A DNA stretch of 64,000 bases from Azolla caroliniana (GCA_043228905.1 JBHGNT010000003.1:21142001-21206000), one strand, 5' to 3'. Positions 24,701 through 40,364 are shown, numbered from the stretch's first letter. The notes: generated by a model from the sequence alone, not told the origin. Numbers and translations are program-made.

Positions 24701-27700
24701 TCGGATTTTGTAATTTACAATGCAGGAAGTGCTTCTCTATTTCAATCTGTAGACAGCAAATTTAGCAGAGGCAGTCAATTCATTCCAGGCATTTATACCT
24801 TCTTGTCTCCATATGCAGTTGATGTGACGACGTATGGAAATAATGCTTTATATGTATATGTTGTGCCGAAGGTGAGTGTTCATGTGGTTGGGACAGGTGA
24901 TAAACCCATCTGGTGGCATGTGTAGGAAGTTACTCTGTTAAAGTTTCATCCTGCATGAAGGTGAGTGGTGGGTTCAACCAAGCTGGTTCGGTATCCAGCT
25001 TCACAATGATCATTTGATTACTCAATTCAATTCAGTGCAATGGAGATCCAAAAAGGTTCAGTCAATGATGTATCGGAAGGGGGGGTTCATGAGTACCTTT
25101 GTGTGAGAAGTTCCCATAATCTGCATAAAGCTGATCACTTGAATAGAGGGCTCTACTGACCACTACTAATGTAGTTCCTAGTTCTGCTCTAGTAGTTTCA
25201 TGTTAGGGGATTCCATCCAAGATAAAGTTCCTCTGGCCTATAATTATGTCCAACCAGTGATTCCTTCCCTGGACGGTAGAAACTGGCTCCCCACACTTGT
25301 GTGTGTTCAGTTCTTGGATCCTGAATGTAGATAATGTTAGAAATATTGAGAATCGATTAGATAGGCATATAGAGTTACAAGCACAAAGATGAATATCTGA
25401 AAACAAACTTTCTATTACAAATGAGAGTAGCTCACAATGGTAGTCCACCCATGCACTCACACACCTTAGAGCTTAGATGGACTACAAAATTAGTGGGGAC
25501 AGATAATAGTCACAGACACTGTGTAAGAGGTACAAAAATTGTAATAATTTGAAATGCCCATATCATGTATTCATTTTTTTTCTCTTCCAGAAAACAATAT
25601 AATCATCTATAATGCAGCTCCCACTTCTATCCTCACTTCTGTGAAGTGCCTTTCCCTAAACCTAAACCCTCACATTCGTATGTTTTATTCAGAAATTTGG
25701 TAGTAACAAAAGTTTCCAAGCATTTATTCAGCACGTATGAAAAACATATACATGTGTTAAAAACAAGTAACCTCTTATGTACCCCTCAGATAACTCAATA
25801 GATGAGTATCTATATAAAAAATACCTTTGGTGGACCAGAACACTGAATGATCTGACATCAGCAATGCATGGTGACTGCAAGGGTCAATTTGACTAACTTC
25901 TGCTCTCCAACTAGGCCGTGCATTCTCTACACGAGATGCTAAAATTTCCAAGAATTCTGAAGACACACAAACAATGACCTGAAATAAAACCCCAAATCAA
26001 AAAACCAAACATGACACTACTCGCTTTACAAAAATATAGAAATGAGATATCCATACCCCAGGATCAACAAGTTCATGACCCAAAAGTGGCCTTATCACAT
26101 TCTGTGCATATGTTTGAACTAGGATTTCGATACTAGTTGCAATTGCAACAGATGGCCAGTCAGCCCAAAGAATCTGCTCTTGTTTTGACAAAACAGGCTT
26201 TCCACGCACATGCAGTCTCTTCTTCAAATGATTTGAATTAAAGGATACCTTCTTTAGCCGAAGTACTTTTCCTACCTTGAAAGGCATAGATGTCTCTAGT
26301 GAGTAAACATCACAGTTGTATGGAAAAGATTAAATAAACTTCAAGTTATAAGCTAAATCCTGCATTGGCATCAATGTGAATCCTCAATAACTTTAGACAC
26401 TAATTGGAAAATCAAAATGTTCAAAAATAGGTGTGGCATTTGATTAAACAAAAATGATATGATATAGACAACCTATAAGAAGAAACTCTTTATAAAAACG
26501 TCTTAAGAGGATTACCATATGAATATCGAAACCAGTGGCTTACATGCTACCTGTGGAACATGATATTGTTGCTCGCATATGGAAAGCAGAGAAAAATGCC
26601 CAACAATTAGAGGAGCAAAATGAACATGGACGCCTTCCAAGCACACAAGCAAAGCATTAATAGATCATACCAACCCAGATATTATGATTGGTGTGATATC
26701 GAACATCACAAGTTTTGTTTCTGTTTTCTACTTAGCACAGTGGAAGGCCCATTAAAATGAAAGATTGCTTTTGTCACCAAAGAATATTGTCTATTTTCTA
26801 TCCCTTTAGGAAAGTTCCTTGTGAGTTCTCCATTGTCTTAACCATAGTAGGTGTTGATTGGGATGAATACCCTCTTGAGAGATAAATACTGTGGAACTTG
26901 CCTTCTACATGTTTTGATATTCGCTCAAGTTGCAGCATATCCATTGATACTAGTGGATGGATAACCCCTATAAATGTGTATAACAAAAGATGCTCTATAG
27001 AGTCCATACAAAAAACATCAGATGAATGTCGGTAAAGGTCTGAACCTAGCACGCATCTCTTGATGGCGGCATCTATGGCTTGCAGTTACCAAGTGAATGG
27101 ATAACCAATTTGTCTTCATTTGTAATATAAATCGACTTTCAGGTCATGAGCATCACTTTGAGACATGCAAGTTAAATTAATTTCATTTCACACAAAAAAA
27201 ACTAAAAACGATATGAAACCCACATGTCTTCCACTCACTTACAATGCCTCTAGTCAATGCCAACATTAAGTACAATAATGCATTGAATAGTCTTTTGTCA
27301 CACTCAACCACATTATAATCCTCCTACATTTTCTTGAAAAGGAAAGCTAGAACACTCATTGAATCTCCATAAACTCTGTTCAAACAATTTTCCAATCTTC
27401 ATTTCTCCACACTGAACAAGTACGCTACCTTTTTCTGTGGGATAGCATAGATATATTTTTCCCATTCCACTCTTCTTTAAAGATGAGAAAACATAAAATA
27501 AGAGAGAATCTTTTAAGATATAATCCCTAGTTCAGTTTTGTAGGCCATTTTGGCCTCTTAAAAAACATTAATAAATGTTCTCTTTCTTTAACACAAAGAA
27601 ATATGCAAAAGCACGCATGCACATGTGTAGTTATACATATTCATCTACAGGAGGCCAATATCAAAAGACAAAACATGAAAAGAAACCTAGTTTTGCTAAA

Positions 27701-28136
27701 ACCTAGAAGTGCAGGAAAGAAAAGGCACATGTGTAGTTATACATATTCATCTACAGGAGGCCAATATCAAAAGACAAAACATGAAAAGAAACCTAGTTTT
27801 GCTAAAACCTAGAAGTGCAGGAAAGAAAAGGCACATGTGTAGTTATACATATTCATCTACAGGAGGCCAATATCAAAAGACAACATGAAAAGAAACCTAG
27901 TTTTGCTAAAACCTAGAAGTGCAGGAAAGAAAAGGCATTTGTTTTTAGGAAAACAAGTATATAGAATTTAAAATAGAGCGTAGTGACCATTCTAATTAGT
28001 AGCCATGCGAGAAGAAACTTACTAGAAGTGGATTAGAGTTGAGGTGATAGAGCACGATGTTGCCGGCTCCTTCTCCTCTGTAGTACCATTCCAAGGCATC
28101 TTCAGCAGTCAATCGCAATGCAATATCCTCCTCCAT
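21785..28136 (-). CDS. IPK1: Inositol-pentakisphosphate 2-kinase, complete copy A2 (489 aa)
   Basis: Seven GT-AG exons: 28023-28136, 26057-26275, 25825-25978, 23545-23588, 23199-23309, 22392-23093, 21785-21910 (1470 nt, in frame, TAG at 21785). Motifs RGEGAGN, EIKPKCGF, SRFSMHQ, YSPLDLFSG, PQNNLRVF, QKLDKYDIEG, DYLIAATTKDCSLM, FVDLDLKP. Confidence 0.93.
27619..27937. repeat. Minisatellite, 3 x 106 bp, in IPK1 A2 intron 1
   Basis: Copy of 4438-4756 at offset 23181. Confidence 0.93.
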
Positions 28137-30112
28137 GATTATCAAAAAACTTGAGCACAAAATCTGCATGTGAACACGATTCATGGATTCAGCAATACAC
28201 ACTAATGGAGATAACATCTCTCCCTCCAAACTGATATCTATAACTCACCCAAATTATGAACAGAACAAGGTATTGCGGCAAAACCTATTGCAACTCTATA
28301 CCCAAAAGACATGGATCACAGCAAGAAACGATCAGTCTATTAACATCTTCAAAAGGCCAAAGTGACCTATGAGACCAAAAGTTCAATCCATATGAATTTT
28401 ATTTAAGTCTGATAAAAGAGCAGCACCATAAATACAGGACAATAAGACATATTATGTTGGATGATACAATCATGAACAAGAAGAATCCTTGAAATTTCTT
28501 CTTCCAAATATACACGATTTTTAAACACTTTTCAGATGATCAGCTCCGTTCATTGGCCAGGAAGGTCCAAGACATAAGCCTATTACAAGTCTTGAATCAG
28601 AGAGAGACAGTGCGTCAGAAAATTAAACCTAGAGTTTGGCAACCCTTCACAGACTCACTTGTGTAGCCTTAAAGCCAAGCGGATGGGTGAACACTGCCGT
28701 TGATATATAATGCTGTGAGTTTGTTGCGTTTATGAACTATGACGAAAAAATCAAGGGGAAAAATCACAAGAAAAGGTGAAAGGGCACGAGCCCAAATGAG
28801 TAATACATTTCCTGGCTCTTAGGAACAGTACAAATAATTTAATAAGCCAAACCCACCCATATGTTCACAATTTGTGAGAGATCTTCACCAGGACCTTGCC
28901 GAGGGTATAGAAGAGCTCAGTATTTGGGAACAACAAGAAGCCCATTGTGGCTTACTCCAGGAGCAAAAGCTTATAGGTTTGCCTGACTTTTTCCTCGAGT
29001 GTACAAACTTGAATTGCCAGTCTTGAAGTATCAAAGACAATTAGCATCAAGCAATGGCAATGCCATTGCTGGGCATAGATTATACGTGGGGCACTCTCTA
29101 TCAGAGCCTACAAGTAAAAAAGCTCTCCGATACGAATCTCTATCTTACTTTGCGATGAAATATTTGCCATCCAATAACCTTTCAGCTGGGGTTCTTTCTT
29201 CTCCCCCAAACATAGGAATGAGAAGCGCCATTCCCGAGAGATGAATACCAACATGGGTGTACTCCATAAGAGCAGACATGGCATTTCATAATCCCTCCTG
29301 AGCTTTCTTCCACCAGGAAGCATTTGTGAGGTTACAACTTACAACACAATTCGTGAGTATTGCCTTCCTAACACAGTCCACTTGCAGCCTATCCACATTA
29401 GGATAGTTTGAAAACCCTAAATTTGACACCATTTACACATAGGAGAAGACGCTTTTGATTTTTCTACAGAGACCTTAAAAAAGTTGATAGGAAACTCAGA
29501 TATCAGAAGCACGACGGAGTTGTGTATGATGTTGTTGAGAGTTAAAGAGAGAGAAGGGGAGATACTTACCTTGGAATCACATGAAGGAGAAGTTTCTTCG
29601 CGTAGCTATGGAGACAAGGACATGCAGGGATGAAGAGGAGACAGACAAGAGGAAAAGAAGAGGATGGATGTGACAAAACACCCAAAAGAGAGACAGAGAC
29701 AGAGACAGAGATGGGAGGAATGAAGAGGATATTATGTATGGAGCAATAGAAAGGTAAGAAATTGTGATTCGAACCTAAAACCTTAGGATTAATAGAGTGT
29801 AATAACTTACAAATTTACAATTACAATAAATAGAAATAGAGAAAGGAAGAAAAAGAAGACGAGACTTTGTTTTTGCTCTTAAGTTGCGGTCTCTCTGTTG
29901 GTGACGGAATTTCACACGAAGACAAGCAAGCGTTGGAAAGCCCTCGGTTAGACCTTTGTAATGATATATATAGCAAGTTTAAATTGGTGCTCTGTATTGG
30001 TAGCGCTGATAGAAACAAAGAACCGTGTGTTGTCGGCATATACATACTCTACACGTGTTGCGGGTCTCCTATTGTCTTTCTTCTTCATCTTCGATCGGGT
30101 GAGGCTTAAGGG

Positions 30113-30205
30113 TATGTAGTAATGTACAAAACAGTGAGTTCACGGAGGCAACGACCTCGTGCTCACGATCTTCGCCACAGGCGGCGATTACAACAGAGGC
30201 AGCGA

Positions 30206-30246
<41 letters not shown>

Positions 30247-33200
30247 CAGTTATGCACACTGATCTCATGCAAAACAGAAATGACAACAACCATAACTAAA
30301 AGTTTGCCCTAAGTCATATTTATACTAATATGACTTTTCGGCTATTTACAAATATAGCCTCGATGGACTATCAGAAACATATTTACGAATATGTCTCTTC
30401 ATCCGGTTCTCCGTAGCCGGGTACTCCTCATCCGGTCTTCACCGGGTCTGCATCATCCGGCTCTCCGTAGCCGGGTACTCGTCATCCGGTTCATACCGGG
30501 TCTGCACCATCCGGCCCTCCGTAGCCAGGCACTCCTCATCCGGTTCATACCGGGTCTGCATCATCCGGCTCTCCGTAGCGGTTTCGGCCGAGGCCGAGTT
30601 TGTTCATCGACACTGTTCTTCTCCCTTCCCATCCGGAGGGACCTGTCTCCCAACAAACTCCCCCTTCACTCCGGCATGGGGTGTCTTACCAGTCTGATTC
30701 TCTTCCGGCATGCATCCAGCTTGTCGGGTATCAGCACTTTGGTCAGCATATCTGACCCGTTCTTGGCCGTGTGGATCTTCATCAGCGCGAACTCCTGGTC
30801 ATCTACTCTTTCCCGGATCCAGTGGTACCTCCGCTGGATATGCTTCGTCCGGGAATGGTAGGCCACATTCTTAGCAAGGTGGATGGCACTTTGACTGTCG
30901 CAATAGAGTCGGTATTCATCTTGCCGGATACCGAGCTCTCCGATGAAGTCCTTTATCCACAATATTTCCTTGCCGGCTTCCACAGCTGCCATGTACTCCG
31001 CCTCCGTGGTTGACAATGCAACCGTCTTCTACAGTCTCGACTGCCACGAAACAGCTCCCCTGCATATGTCATTACATACCCGGATGTAGACCGGCTGGTA
31101 TCCACATCAGCCGACATGTCCGAATCGGTGAAACCGTCCAGTTGAGGTTTTCCGGAGCCGAATCGGAGACACATATTTGAAGTGCCCTTCAAATACCGGA
31201 GTATCCATTTGACCGCGTTCCAGTGCTCCTTGCCGGGATTACTCAAGAACCGGCTCACTACTCCGACTGTGTATCCAATGTCCGGTCGGGTACAAACCAT
31301 TGCGTACATCAAGCTCCCGACGGCAGAGGCATATGGAATCTTCATCATATCCGCCTTCTCTGCTTTTGTCTTCGGGTTTTGCTTACCGGATAGCTTGCAG
31401 TTTGCCGGAAGTGTCGATCCGACCGGTTTCGCATCTGACATGTTGAACCGGTGAAGCACCTTTGTCACGTACTTCTCCTGTGACAACCATAATTCCTTCG
31501 CTGACCGGTTCCGGATGATGTGCATCCCCAACATCTGTCTTGCCGAACCCAAGTCTTTCATTGAGAAGGTCTGGTTGAGGGCCTTCTTCAGCATCCGTAT
31601 TTTGACTTGATCCCGTCCAACGATCAACATGTCATCCACGTACAGAAGGAGTATCAGGAAGTCGCCTCCTTCGAACTTCTTCACAAACACGCAGTGATCG
31701 GCCTACGTCTTGTGGTACCCTTGATCGGTCATGAAGGAGTCGAACTTCCGGTACCATTGTCGGGGAGCCTGCTTCAGTCCGTACAAACTCTTCTTCAACC
31801 GGCATACCAGGTGCTCCTTCCCTTTCTCCACGAATCCTTCCGGTTGCTGCATGTAGATCTCCTCTTCGAGGTCGCCGTGAAGGAATGTCGTCTTCACGTC
31901 TAGCTGCTCTACCTCGAGGTCCATGCTTGCTGCTATACTCAACACCGTCCGGATGGAGGTCATCTTTACTACCGGGGCAAATATCTCGTCGAAGTCCACG
32001 CCCTTCTTCTGCTGGAACCCCTTCACCACGATCCTGGCTTTGTATCTCGGGGGGTTGCCGGCATCTCCCGATTTCAACTTGTACACCCACTTGTTTGGGA
32101 GTGCCCGCTTTCCTTTCAGCAACTCCACCAATTCGTACATATGGTTTTCATGCAGGGAATCCATCTCATCCTGCATGGCACTTAACCATTTTCGGCTGTG
32201 GGTGTCTTCCTTCGCTTCTTCGAAGCTTTCCGGCTCCCCCTAATCGATCAGTAGAACATGCTCTGCATCCGGAAATCTCCAGGGGGCCCTTCTCTCTCTG
32301 AGAGGATATCTCCGTCTCTGGGCTTTGGTGACCGGCTCATCCATCTGCTCTTCATCCGAATCCGATTCGGGGTCTTGGCCGGTTCCGGTTTCAGCTTCCT
32401 CTACTTCTTCTTATACCGGTTCGGTATCCTCACCGTAACCGGCTGGTTCCTCGAATGCTAACCGGTCTCTTGCCGGTTGGGTCTGCTCATCGTAGAGTCT
32501 ATCCTTACCGGTCGACTCGGAGTTCATTATCTTCTTCTCCGACTCCCAGTCGGCGAGCGTCTTGTTCTCCATGAAGATAATATCTCGAATCCGGAATACC
32601 TTCTTGTCGACCAGGTCCCACACTCGGTAGCCGAACTCATCGTCACCGTAACCGAGGAATATGCATGGCCGGGTCTTTGGATCTAACTTACCTCTCCGGT
32701 CCTTAGCTACATGCACGTACGCGAGACACCCGAACACCTTCAGATGCCGGTAGGATACTTCCTTACCGGTCCACACTCTTTGTGGCGTGTCTCCGTCCAA
32801 GGGTACTGAGGGTGATCTATTTATCACATATGTCGCCGTCGACAGTGCCTCAGCCCAAAACTTCTTGGGTAGTTTTGAATGCGCTAGCATACTCCGGACC
32901 CTCTCCATTATGGTTCGGTTCATCCTCTCGGCCAGTCCGTTTAGTTCCGGCGTCTTCGGCACGGTAAATTCGAGCCGGATTCCCTTCGAGCGGCAGTACT
33001 CCTCGAACTGCCCCCGGTACTCTCCTCCGTTATCTGCTCGAACCGCCTTCAGCTTCCGGCCGGTTTCTCTTTCCACTCTCGCGTGGAGCTCTTTGAAGAC
33101 GGATAACACCTGATCCTTTGTCTTCAACGGTGTGGCCCACAACTTCCAGCTGTGGTCATCTATGAACGTCACGAAGTACTACGCTCCGGCATGTGACTTC

Positions 33201-34971
33201 GTGTCTACTTGACACACATCCGTATGCACCAACTCCAATGGTGCATTACGTCTCATCGGTGGTCTTGGTCGGAAGGAGGTCCGGTTCTGCTTACCGGTCA
33301 GACAATCAGTGCACTTCTCTAAGTGCACGTTCTTCACTGGAATGAGGTTGTCGTCTGCAAGCCTCTTCATCCCCTTCTCACTCATATGACATAGCCTCTT
33401 GTGCCACAGCTCACCGGCAGTGTCGGATGCCACGTTCACTTCTTCCGGACATAACCGGGCATTCATCAGGTATAGTGTGTTTACCTTCCGGGCCCGAGCC
33501 ACAATAACGCTCCCTTTGCTGAACTTCATGACACCGTTCCGGATGCTACCCGTGTAGCCTTCATCATCTAGCCGACCGACTGATATCAGGTTTAGACGAA
33601 CTTCCGGAACGTGTCGGACATCCTTCAGCAGCAACTTGCATCCGGTTGGTGTTGTCAGCCACACGTCTCCTATGCCGACAATTCGGCATGTTCCTTCATT
33701 CCCTATCCGGACACAACCGTGATCACCGGCTAAATAGGATGAGAAGCATTTCCGGTCCGGGGTAAGGTGGAACGACACTCCAGAGTCTACCACCCAGGTC
33801 ATCTCGTCGCCGGAAAGGTTTATCTCACTCTCCTCGATGATGAGCATCAACTCTTCCTCACTTGCCGCGATTGCCGTCGTTCCCTTCCGGTCCGTCCCCC
33901 TCCGGTCTTTACCGTTTCGGTTCGGGGTTTGCTTCGAATCGATACCGTCGTTCTCCTTATCTTTACGGAAATGCCGACAATTCTTTTGGAAGTGACCCGG
34001 CTTGCCGCAATAGAAGCAAGTGGGCCTCCCCCTTGACTTTGACCGTGTCCCCGACTTCTCCCGGTTCTGGGGACTACGGTTTCTATGTCTTCTGCGTTCC
34101 GATTCGGTAAGGAGCGCTTTGGAGTCGGAGCTCGTATCCTTATCTTTCCGACGCGCCTCCTCATCTAGCAGGCTCGACTTTACTCTTGCTAGGGATAACC
34201 TCTTTCCTTCCGGCCCGGCGTTGCCCAAAGTGACAACCAACATCTCCCAGTTATCCGGGAGGGAACCGAGCAGGAGTAGCGCAAGTACCTCATCTGCAAG
34301 AGGTACTTCTAATGAAGTTGCCTGGTGGATTAGCCCCTGGAAGGCATTCATGTGCTCCGCCATGCTGGAGCCATCTTGGTACCGGAGTCTTACGAGCTTC
34401 CGGAATACCGAAACCTGGTTAACAACATTTTTGTTTTGAAACATTATACCGATCTTCTCCTAGAGCTCATGAGCCTTGCTCTCTTCATTGAAGTTGTTGT
34501 ACAGGCTCATGTCGATGAAGCACCATATGTACGTCGTTGTCTTCATGTGCATCACCTCCCATATCGCGGCATCGATTTTGTCCGGTCTCTTGTCCCCGAA
34601 CTGAACCGGCAGCCAGAGGTCTTTAACCACGAGCATGTCCCTCATCTTCGACTTCCACACTGAGTAGTTGGAGCCGGTGAGCTTGAACATGCCGCCAAAC
34701 GATTCGTCCATTTTCTGTGTAACCTGCTCTGATACCACTTGACGGGAACTCAAACGCTCCTTATGTCCAACGCTTGGCCACAACCGAGCGTCTTTTCATA
34801 CATAGAAAAACGGGAAACAAATGCTCGACACGAAGGAGAGAAATTACACAGAAGGTTTATGTGGAAAACCCCAAACTAGGGGAAAAACCACGGCAGCCCA
34901 CAGGCTGCAAACTGTCACTATGTAGTAATGTACAAACAGTGAGTTCACAGAGGCAACGACCTCGTGCTCAC
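30113..34971 (-). mobile_element. Ty1/copia LTR retrotransposon (Tork-like), defective, copy 2
   Basis: Near-identical to 6932-11790 with the same flanks. gag-pol 30666-34711; PBS 34726-34737; 3' LTR 30113-30655; 5' LTR remnant 34740-34971. Confidence 0.95.
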
Positions 34972-35174
34972 TGTCATGAACACATGACCATTATGGCGTC
35001 ACTCGGACTTGAACCTCGAACCTTGTAATTCATACTTGAAAACCTCAACCATTAAGATAGCTTATTGTTATATGAAACAATAAAGCTACTTCTTGTATTA
35101 CATTGATTATTGTAAAAACTCTAGATTATTCTAGAATGTTCTAGAATGTTCTAGAATGTTCTAGACCTAGAATG
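34972..35174 (+). mobile_element. Truncated Ty3/gypsy LTR with HSE array (copy 2)
   Basis: Same sequence as 11791-11993. Confidence 0.9.
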
Positions 35175-38100
35175 TTCTTTGGGCTGACTAGCCATCTGTT
35201 GCAATTGCAACTAGTATCGAAATCCTAGTTCAAACATATGCACAGAATGTGATAAGGCCACTTTTGGGTCATGAACTTGTTGATCCTGGGGTATGGATAT
35301 CTCATTTCTATATTTTTGTAAAGCGAGTAGTGTCATGTTTGGTTTTTTGATTTGGGGTTTTATTTCAGGTCATTGTTTGTGTGTCTTCAGAATTCTTGGA
35401 AATTTTAGCATCTCGTGTAGAGAATGCACGGCCTAGTTGGAGAGCAGAAGTTAGTCAAATTGACCCTTGCAGTCACCATGCATTGCTGATGTCAGATCAT
35501 TCAGTGTTCTGGTCCACCAAAGGTATTTTTTATATAGATACTCATCTATTGAGTTATCTGAGGGGTACATAAGAGGTTACTTGTTTTTAACACATGTATA
35601 TGTTTTTCATACGTGCTGAATAAATGCTTGGAAACTTTTGTTACTACCAAATTTCTGAATAAAACATACGAATGTGAGGGTTTAGGTTTAGGGAAAGGCA
35701 CTTCACAGAAGTGAGGATAGAAGTGGGAGCTGCATTATAGATGATTATATTGTTTTCTGGAAGAGAAAAAAAATGAATACATGATATGGGCATTTCAAAT
35801 TATTACAATTTTTGTACCTCTTACACAGTGTCTGTGACTATTATCTGTCCCCACTAATTTTGTAGTCCATCTAAGCTCTAAGGTGTGTGAGTGCATGGGT
35901 GGACTACCATTGTGAGCTACTCTCATTTGTAATAGAAAGTTTGTTTTCAGATATTCATCTTTGTGCTTGTAACTCTATATGCCTATCTAATCGATTCTCA
36001 ATATTTCTAACATTATCTACATTCAGGATCCAAGAACTGAACACACACAAGTGTGGGGAGCCAGTTTCTACCGTCCAGGGAAGGAATCACTGGTTGGACA
36101 TAATTATAGGCCAGAGGAACTTTATCTTGGATGGAATCCCCTAACATGAAACTACTAGAGCAGAACTAGGAACTACATTAGTAGTGGTCAGTAGAGCCCT
36201 CTATTCAAGTGATCAGCTTTATGCAGATTATGGGAACTTCTCACACAAAGGTACTCATGAACCCCCCCTTCCGATACATCATTGACTGAACCTTTTTGGA
36301 TCTCCATTGCACTGAATTGAATTGAGTAATCAAATGATCATTGTGAAGCTGGATACCGAACCAGCTTGGTTGAACCCACCACTCACCTTCATGCAGGATG
36401 AAACTTTAACAGAGTAACTTCCTACACATGCCACCAGATGGGTTTATCACCTGTCCCAACCACATGAACACTCACCTTCGGCACAACATATACATATAAA
36501 GCATTATTTCCATACGTCGTCACATCAACTGCATATGGAGACAAGAAGGTATAAATGCCTGGAATGAATTGACTGCCTCTGCTAAATTTGCTGTCTACAG
36601 ATTGAAATAGAGAAGCACTTCCTGCATTGTAAATTACAAAATCCGAGAAAGATAGCACTGCCGCAATAGAATACACTTTCCAGGAGAAGAGATACAAATC
36701 AATTCAGCCAGAAAGAACCATCACTAACTTCTTCATAACTACAACTCCACCCATGTCTTCCCCTCCAGCATCAATAGACAATGGAGCATGGACTGGCTCT
36801 CTGTGTAAAAAGGTCATGACCTTGGGACCTCTTCCAGAACCTCACAACCTCAAAATGATAGTAACCATCATTGCCATTCTTAGGAGTCTTGGTTGTCATA
36901 TTATTTTAACCCCTTCGATCTAAAATATTCAGTTAGGGACATATTGAAGACTCACCTCAATCTCGGCTTTTAATTTCTGCAAAGTGTAGCGTATTTATGA
37001 TGAGATACAGTTTTGTCAATTTTATACATTTGGAAAAATGACTTGGTCTCATTGATCATGTTGGGTTATGCCAAATGGTTACATTACTCTTTCTTTCTAG
37101 TAGACACAGATATAGATATGGCTTATTCTCTCTATACATATACTATTATATTATGCAGGTAGAAAGAGAGAATTTGAATTTTTATCATCCATAAAGAAGC
37201 CAATTTTGACCTATGGAACCAGAGTATACATGTGTTCTTGATATGTGTCTCCTTCCTAAGAAGGGGTATTCATACATTGAAGCACAAAGTCTCTATGTGT
37301 GAATAAAGCATACACATATGAGCTCAACAGCTCAACCTTCTCGGTGGTGTCTTAAGTATGGAACTTAAGTTATCACTCCCTCTTAGTATGTCAGCATATC
37401 TTGAACAAATTGCACTATATGTCAAGCATGTGAAGAGCAAGTGACATTCATCCTCTACCATGCCTCCATTGCATACTTTGCATGTCTTCAAATTAGTTAC
37501 ATTTTGATACCATGATGCAACTTCAATACCTAACTTGTGAGATCGAGTGCAAAGTAGTGTAAGGGCTCTACGAGCATTACTACTCATATTGGTAATGAGA
37601 TAAGGTTGGATACGATCAATAGGCATTCTTGCTTTATATTGACACCAACATTCAGGATTGACATTTGCCATATAGTATTTGAGAGAGAGAGAGAGAGTAT
37701 GTTACTTGCTGTTTGTTTGGATGGTGCTTACTATTATCATTGCTTAATTGTTTTACAGAGCCTGGGAACAAAGCTCCTCCAAGCATTTCAGTAGAAATCA
37801 AGGTCATTATGCTAACTTTTAGAATTTACAAATAAATTAAGATAACTATTCATGCCTTTAAAAATAATAAATGAATTAAGGTCATTATGCATATGTCAAA
37901 AATTATTGAATAAAGTAAGGTGAATATTTAGTAGTAAAAAAAGAAAACATTTATCCACATTGATCTTTTTTGTTGAGTAAGTCAAAGAACTTTGAGAATG
38001 CCCTGAAATTGCATAAAATGTTTTAAATGCCACCCAGCCGAAATGTGGCTTCTTACCAGATTCAGACCTCATCGCAGCCAAAAACATCATCAAGAAGAAG

Positions 38101-38684
38101 GTTTCTCGCTTTTCAATGCATCAGACATTGAAACATTCGAAAGGACAGGTATTTCCAAATATGCATTTTTCAAAAAAGAAAAATCAAATAACTCATATTG
38201 AAAAATAACCAGTTGAAATACATGCTTTCAAACTCTTCTTTTTTTTTATGTAGATAAAGAAGATTAGCTAGTATTCCCCATTAGACTTATTCTCTGGAAA
38301 TCTGGAGAGGATAAGCCAAGCTGTCAATGATTTGTTTGAGAATCCGCAAAACAACTTGCGTGTTTTTATTGAAGGAAAAATCATTGAACACATTGAGTTT
38401 CCAAACTCACAACCGATGAATGAAGCTTTAATGGATTGCTTTCCATCATGTGAGACACTGGAAGATGCGATCAAAGTCTTGAAATCTCTCATTTCACAGA
38501 GTCTATATGAAAATGATGTGTTAAAAAATCTACTGGCAGCCCAGAAGCTTGACAAATATGACATAGAAGGAGTGATGTGTGCCTACTGGAAAGCTTTTCC
38601 AGATGATCATGTTTCAAATGGAAATACCATGGATGATAAAAAAATCTTGGATGAGAAGGTGATCGAGGCTAGAAATAGTTTCCT
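35175..38684 (+). pseudogene. IPK1: Inverted partial IPK1 copy B2
   Basis: As B1 but without the 16-bp duplication, and with an extra nonsense change CAG>TAG at 38269-38271. Confidence 0.92.
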
Positions 38685-40065
38685 CTCTGTACCAAACTAC
38701 ACCCTTGAACAGGGAAACTTGACTTTTGGTTTGCTTGCAAGTGGATGACTCTTTAGAGAGGTTTGCCTCAGTGACCAAAACTATACCTTCAAAACACAAC
38801 TTGGCTTTTGCTTTGCTTTGCACTGGTTCCGCTATGTTGATTGCAAATGATTGACCCTTTCTTGGTTTGAATGAATTTATAACTTTGAGCAAAAGAACTT
38901 CATTCCACTTTCATTGCAAGACATTCATTCTTAAGCTATAGTCCTTTCTTTGAACAAAACTGAATCTGGAACAAAAACATAAATTTTGTTTGCTTTTGTG
39001 CCAAATGATTGCTAGTGTATAATCCCTTGAAAGAAACTGCTAAGGATTGGAAACTCAAAAAGACTGCAAGTTCTTCTAGTAGAATAATGGATTGGCGAAA
39101 TACGATGACCTATTTCCTTATCCTGCTCACAGTGATAAATCTATAAGCTGTTTCTCTTTGAACAAAAGGCTACGTGGAGCAAAACTTTCACAACTTGAGT
39201 TTTGTTTTGCTAGCAAATACTATGTTAACCTGTTGAAAGGATTTTCTTCATGTAAAACCGATACAGATCGTTCTTCTGTGTATTCTTATATCTGCAGAGA
39301 TCAGGTAAGATTTGTGGTTATCGATATCCCAATTTCAAGAATGAATCTGAATGGCGGGGAAATGGTGAAATATGGACGACTCACAGAAACGAGGTTACAC
39401 GTGGGGGACAAGCCTAAGTTGTTTCTTCAAAGAAGGAGGAGGAGGAGGAGAAACGCATAAGAGAGAGAAGGTCCTTCAACGACCATGAAAAGAAGAAAAC
39501 AAACTCATAGGACTGCGAAATCAGCCAAGCGGAGAATGAAGAAAAGTAAGCAGAAATACATGTTGGTACAATGAGGATAAAAGAAGGAAGGAAGGAGGAA
39601 TACATGTTGATGATCATGATGGAGACGAAGAAGAAGAACATGATGAAGATGATGAATCATGATGGTGATGAAGAAGATGAACATGAATAAGAAGGAGAAG
39701 AAGACGATCACATACCTGTTGTATCTCGATGATGAAGACGAAGACGATTGATGCAGAGCCGAGGGAGCTTTTCGTCTGTGGTTAGTGAGATGAGAGAGAG
39801 AGCTATGGATATGGATCTCTTATCAGGAAGCCATGGCGCAGAGAAAGGGGGGAAAAGAAGAGGAGAGAGAGAGAGAGAGAGAGAGATGGGTTTAGGGCAA
39901 AAGATCAAAAGAAAAGAAAGACAGACAGAAGAACGGGGAAGGGGAAGGGGGAGAATAGAGGGAGGCACTTTTTGCTTTTTGCTTTTTGCTTTTCTGCTTT
40001 TCTCCATGTCACGCTTTTTCTTTTTGCTTGCACTTTTTCTGAGACGCACAAGAGAAAATATCTCC
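38685..40065 (-). other. Putative captured gene 5' end pointing into antisense IPK1 (copy 2)
   Basis: Copy of 15520-16900 at offset 23165; donor at 39716, internal exon 39230-39291. Confidence 0.45.
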
Positions 40066-40364
40066 AATCCAATCCCCAATTTAACAAAACATACAAACAC
40101 AAATACATATAGAGAGAAGGAATAAATACAACAAAAAAAAATGCACATTGAGAGAGAGAGATAGAGAGAGAAGCACTTTTTTCGGACTTTTTGTCCCCCT
40201 CATTTGTCCGCCCGATTGACCATCTTCACCTGCTTGCCACGCTATCGTTGATAGAGAGCAGTTTCGTTCTCGTTCGGCAAGCTCCATGTGCCCAATCATT
40301 ATGCTCGTTACGAACAGGTGATATATATATTTAAGGTCCACGGGAGATGAATTGCAATCTATGA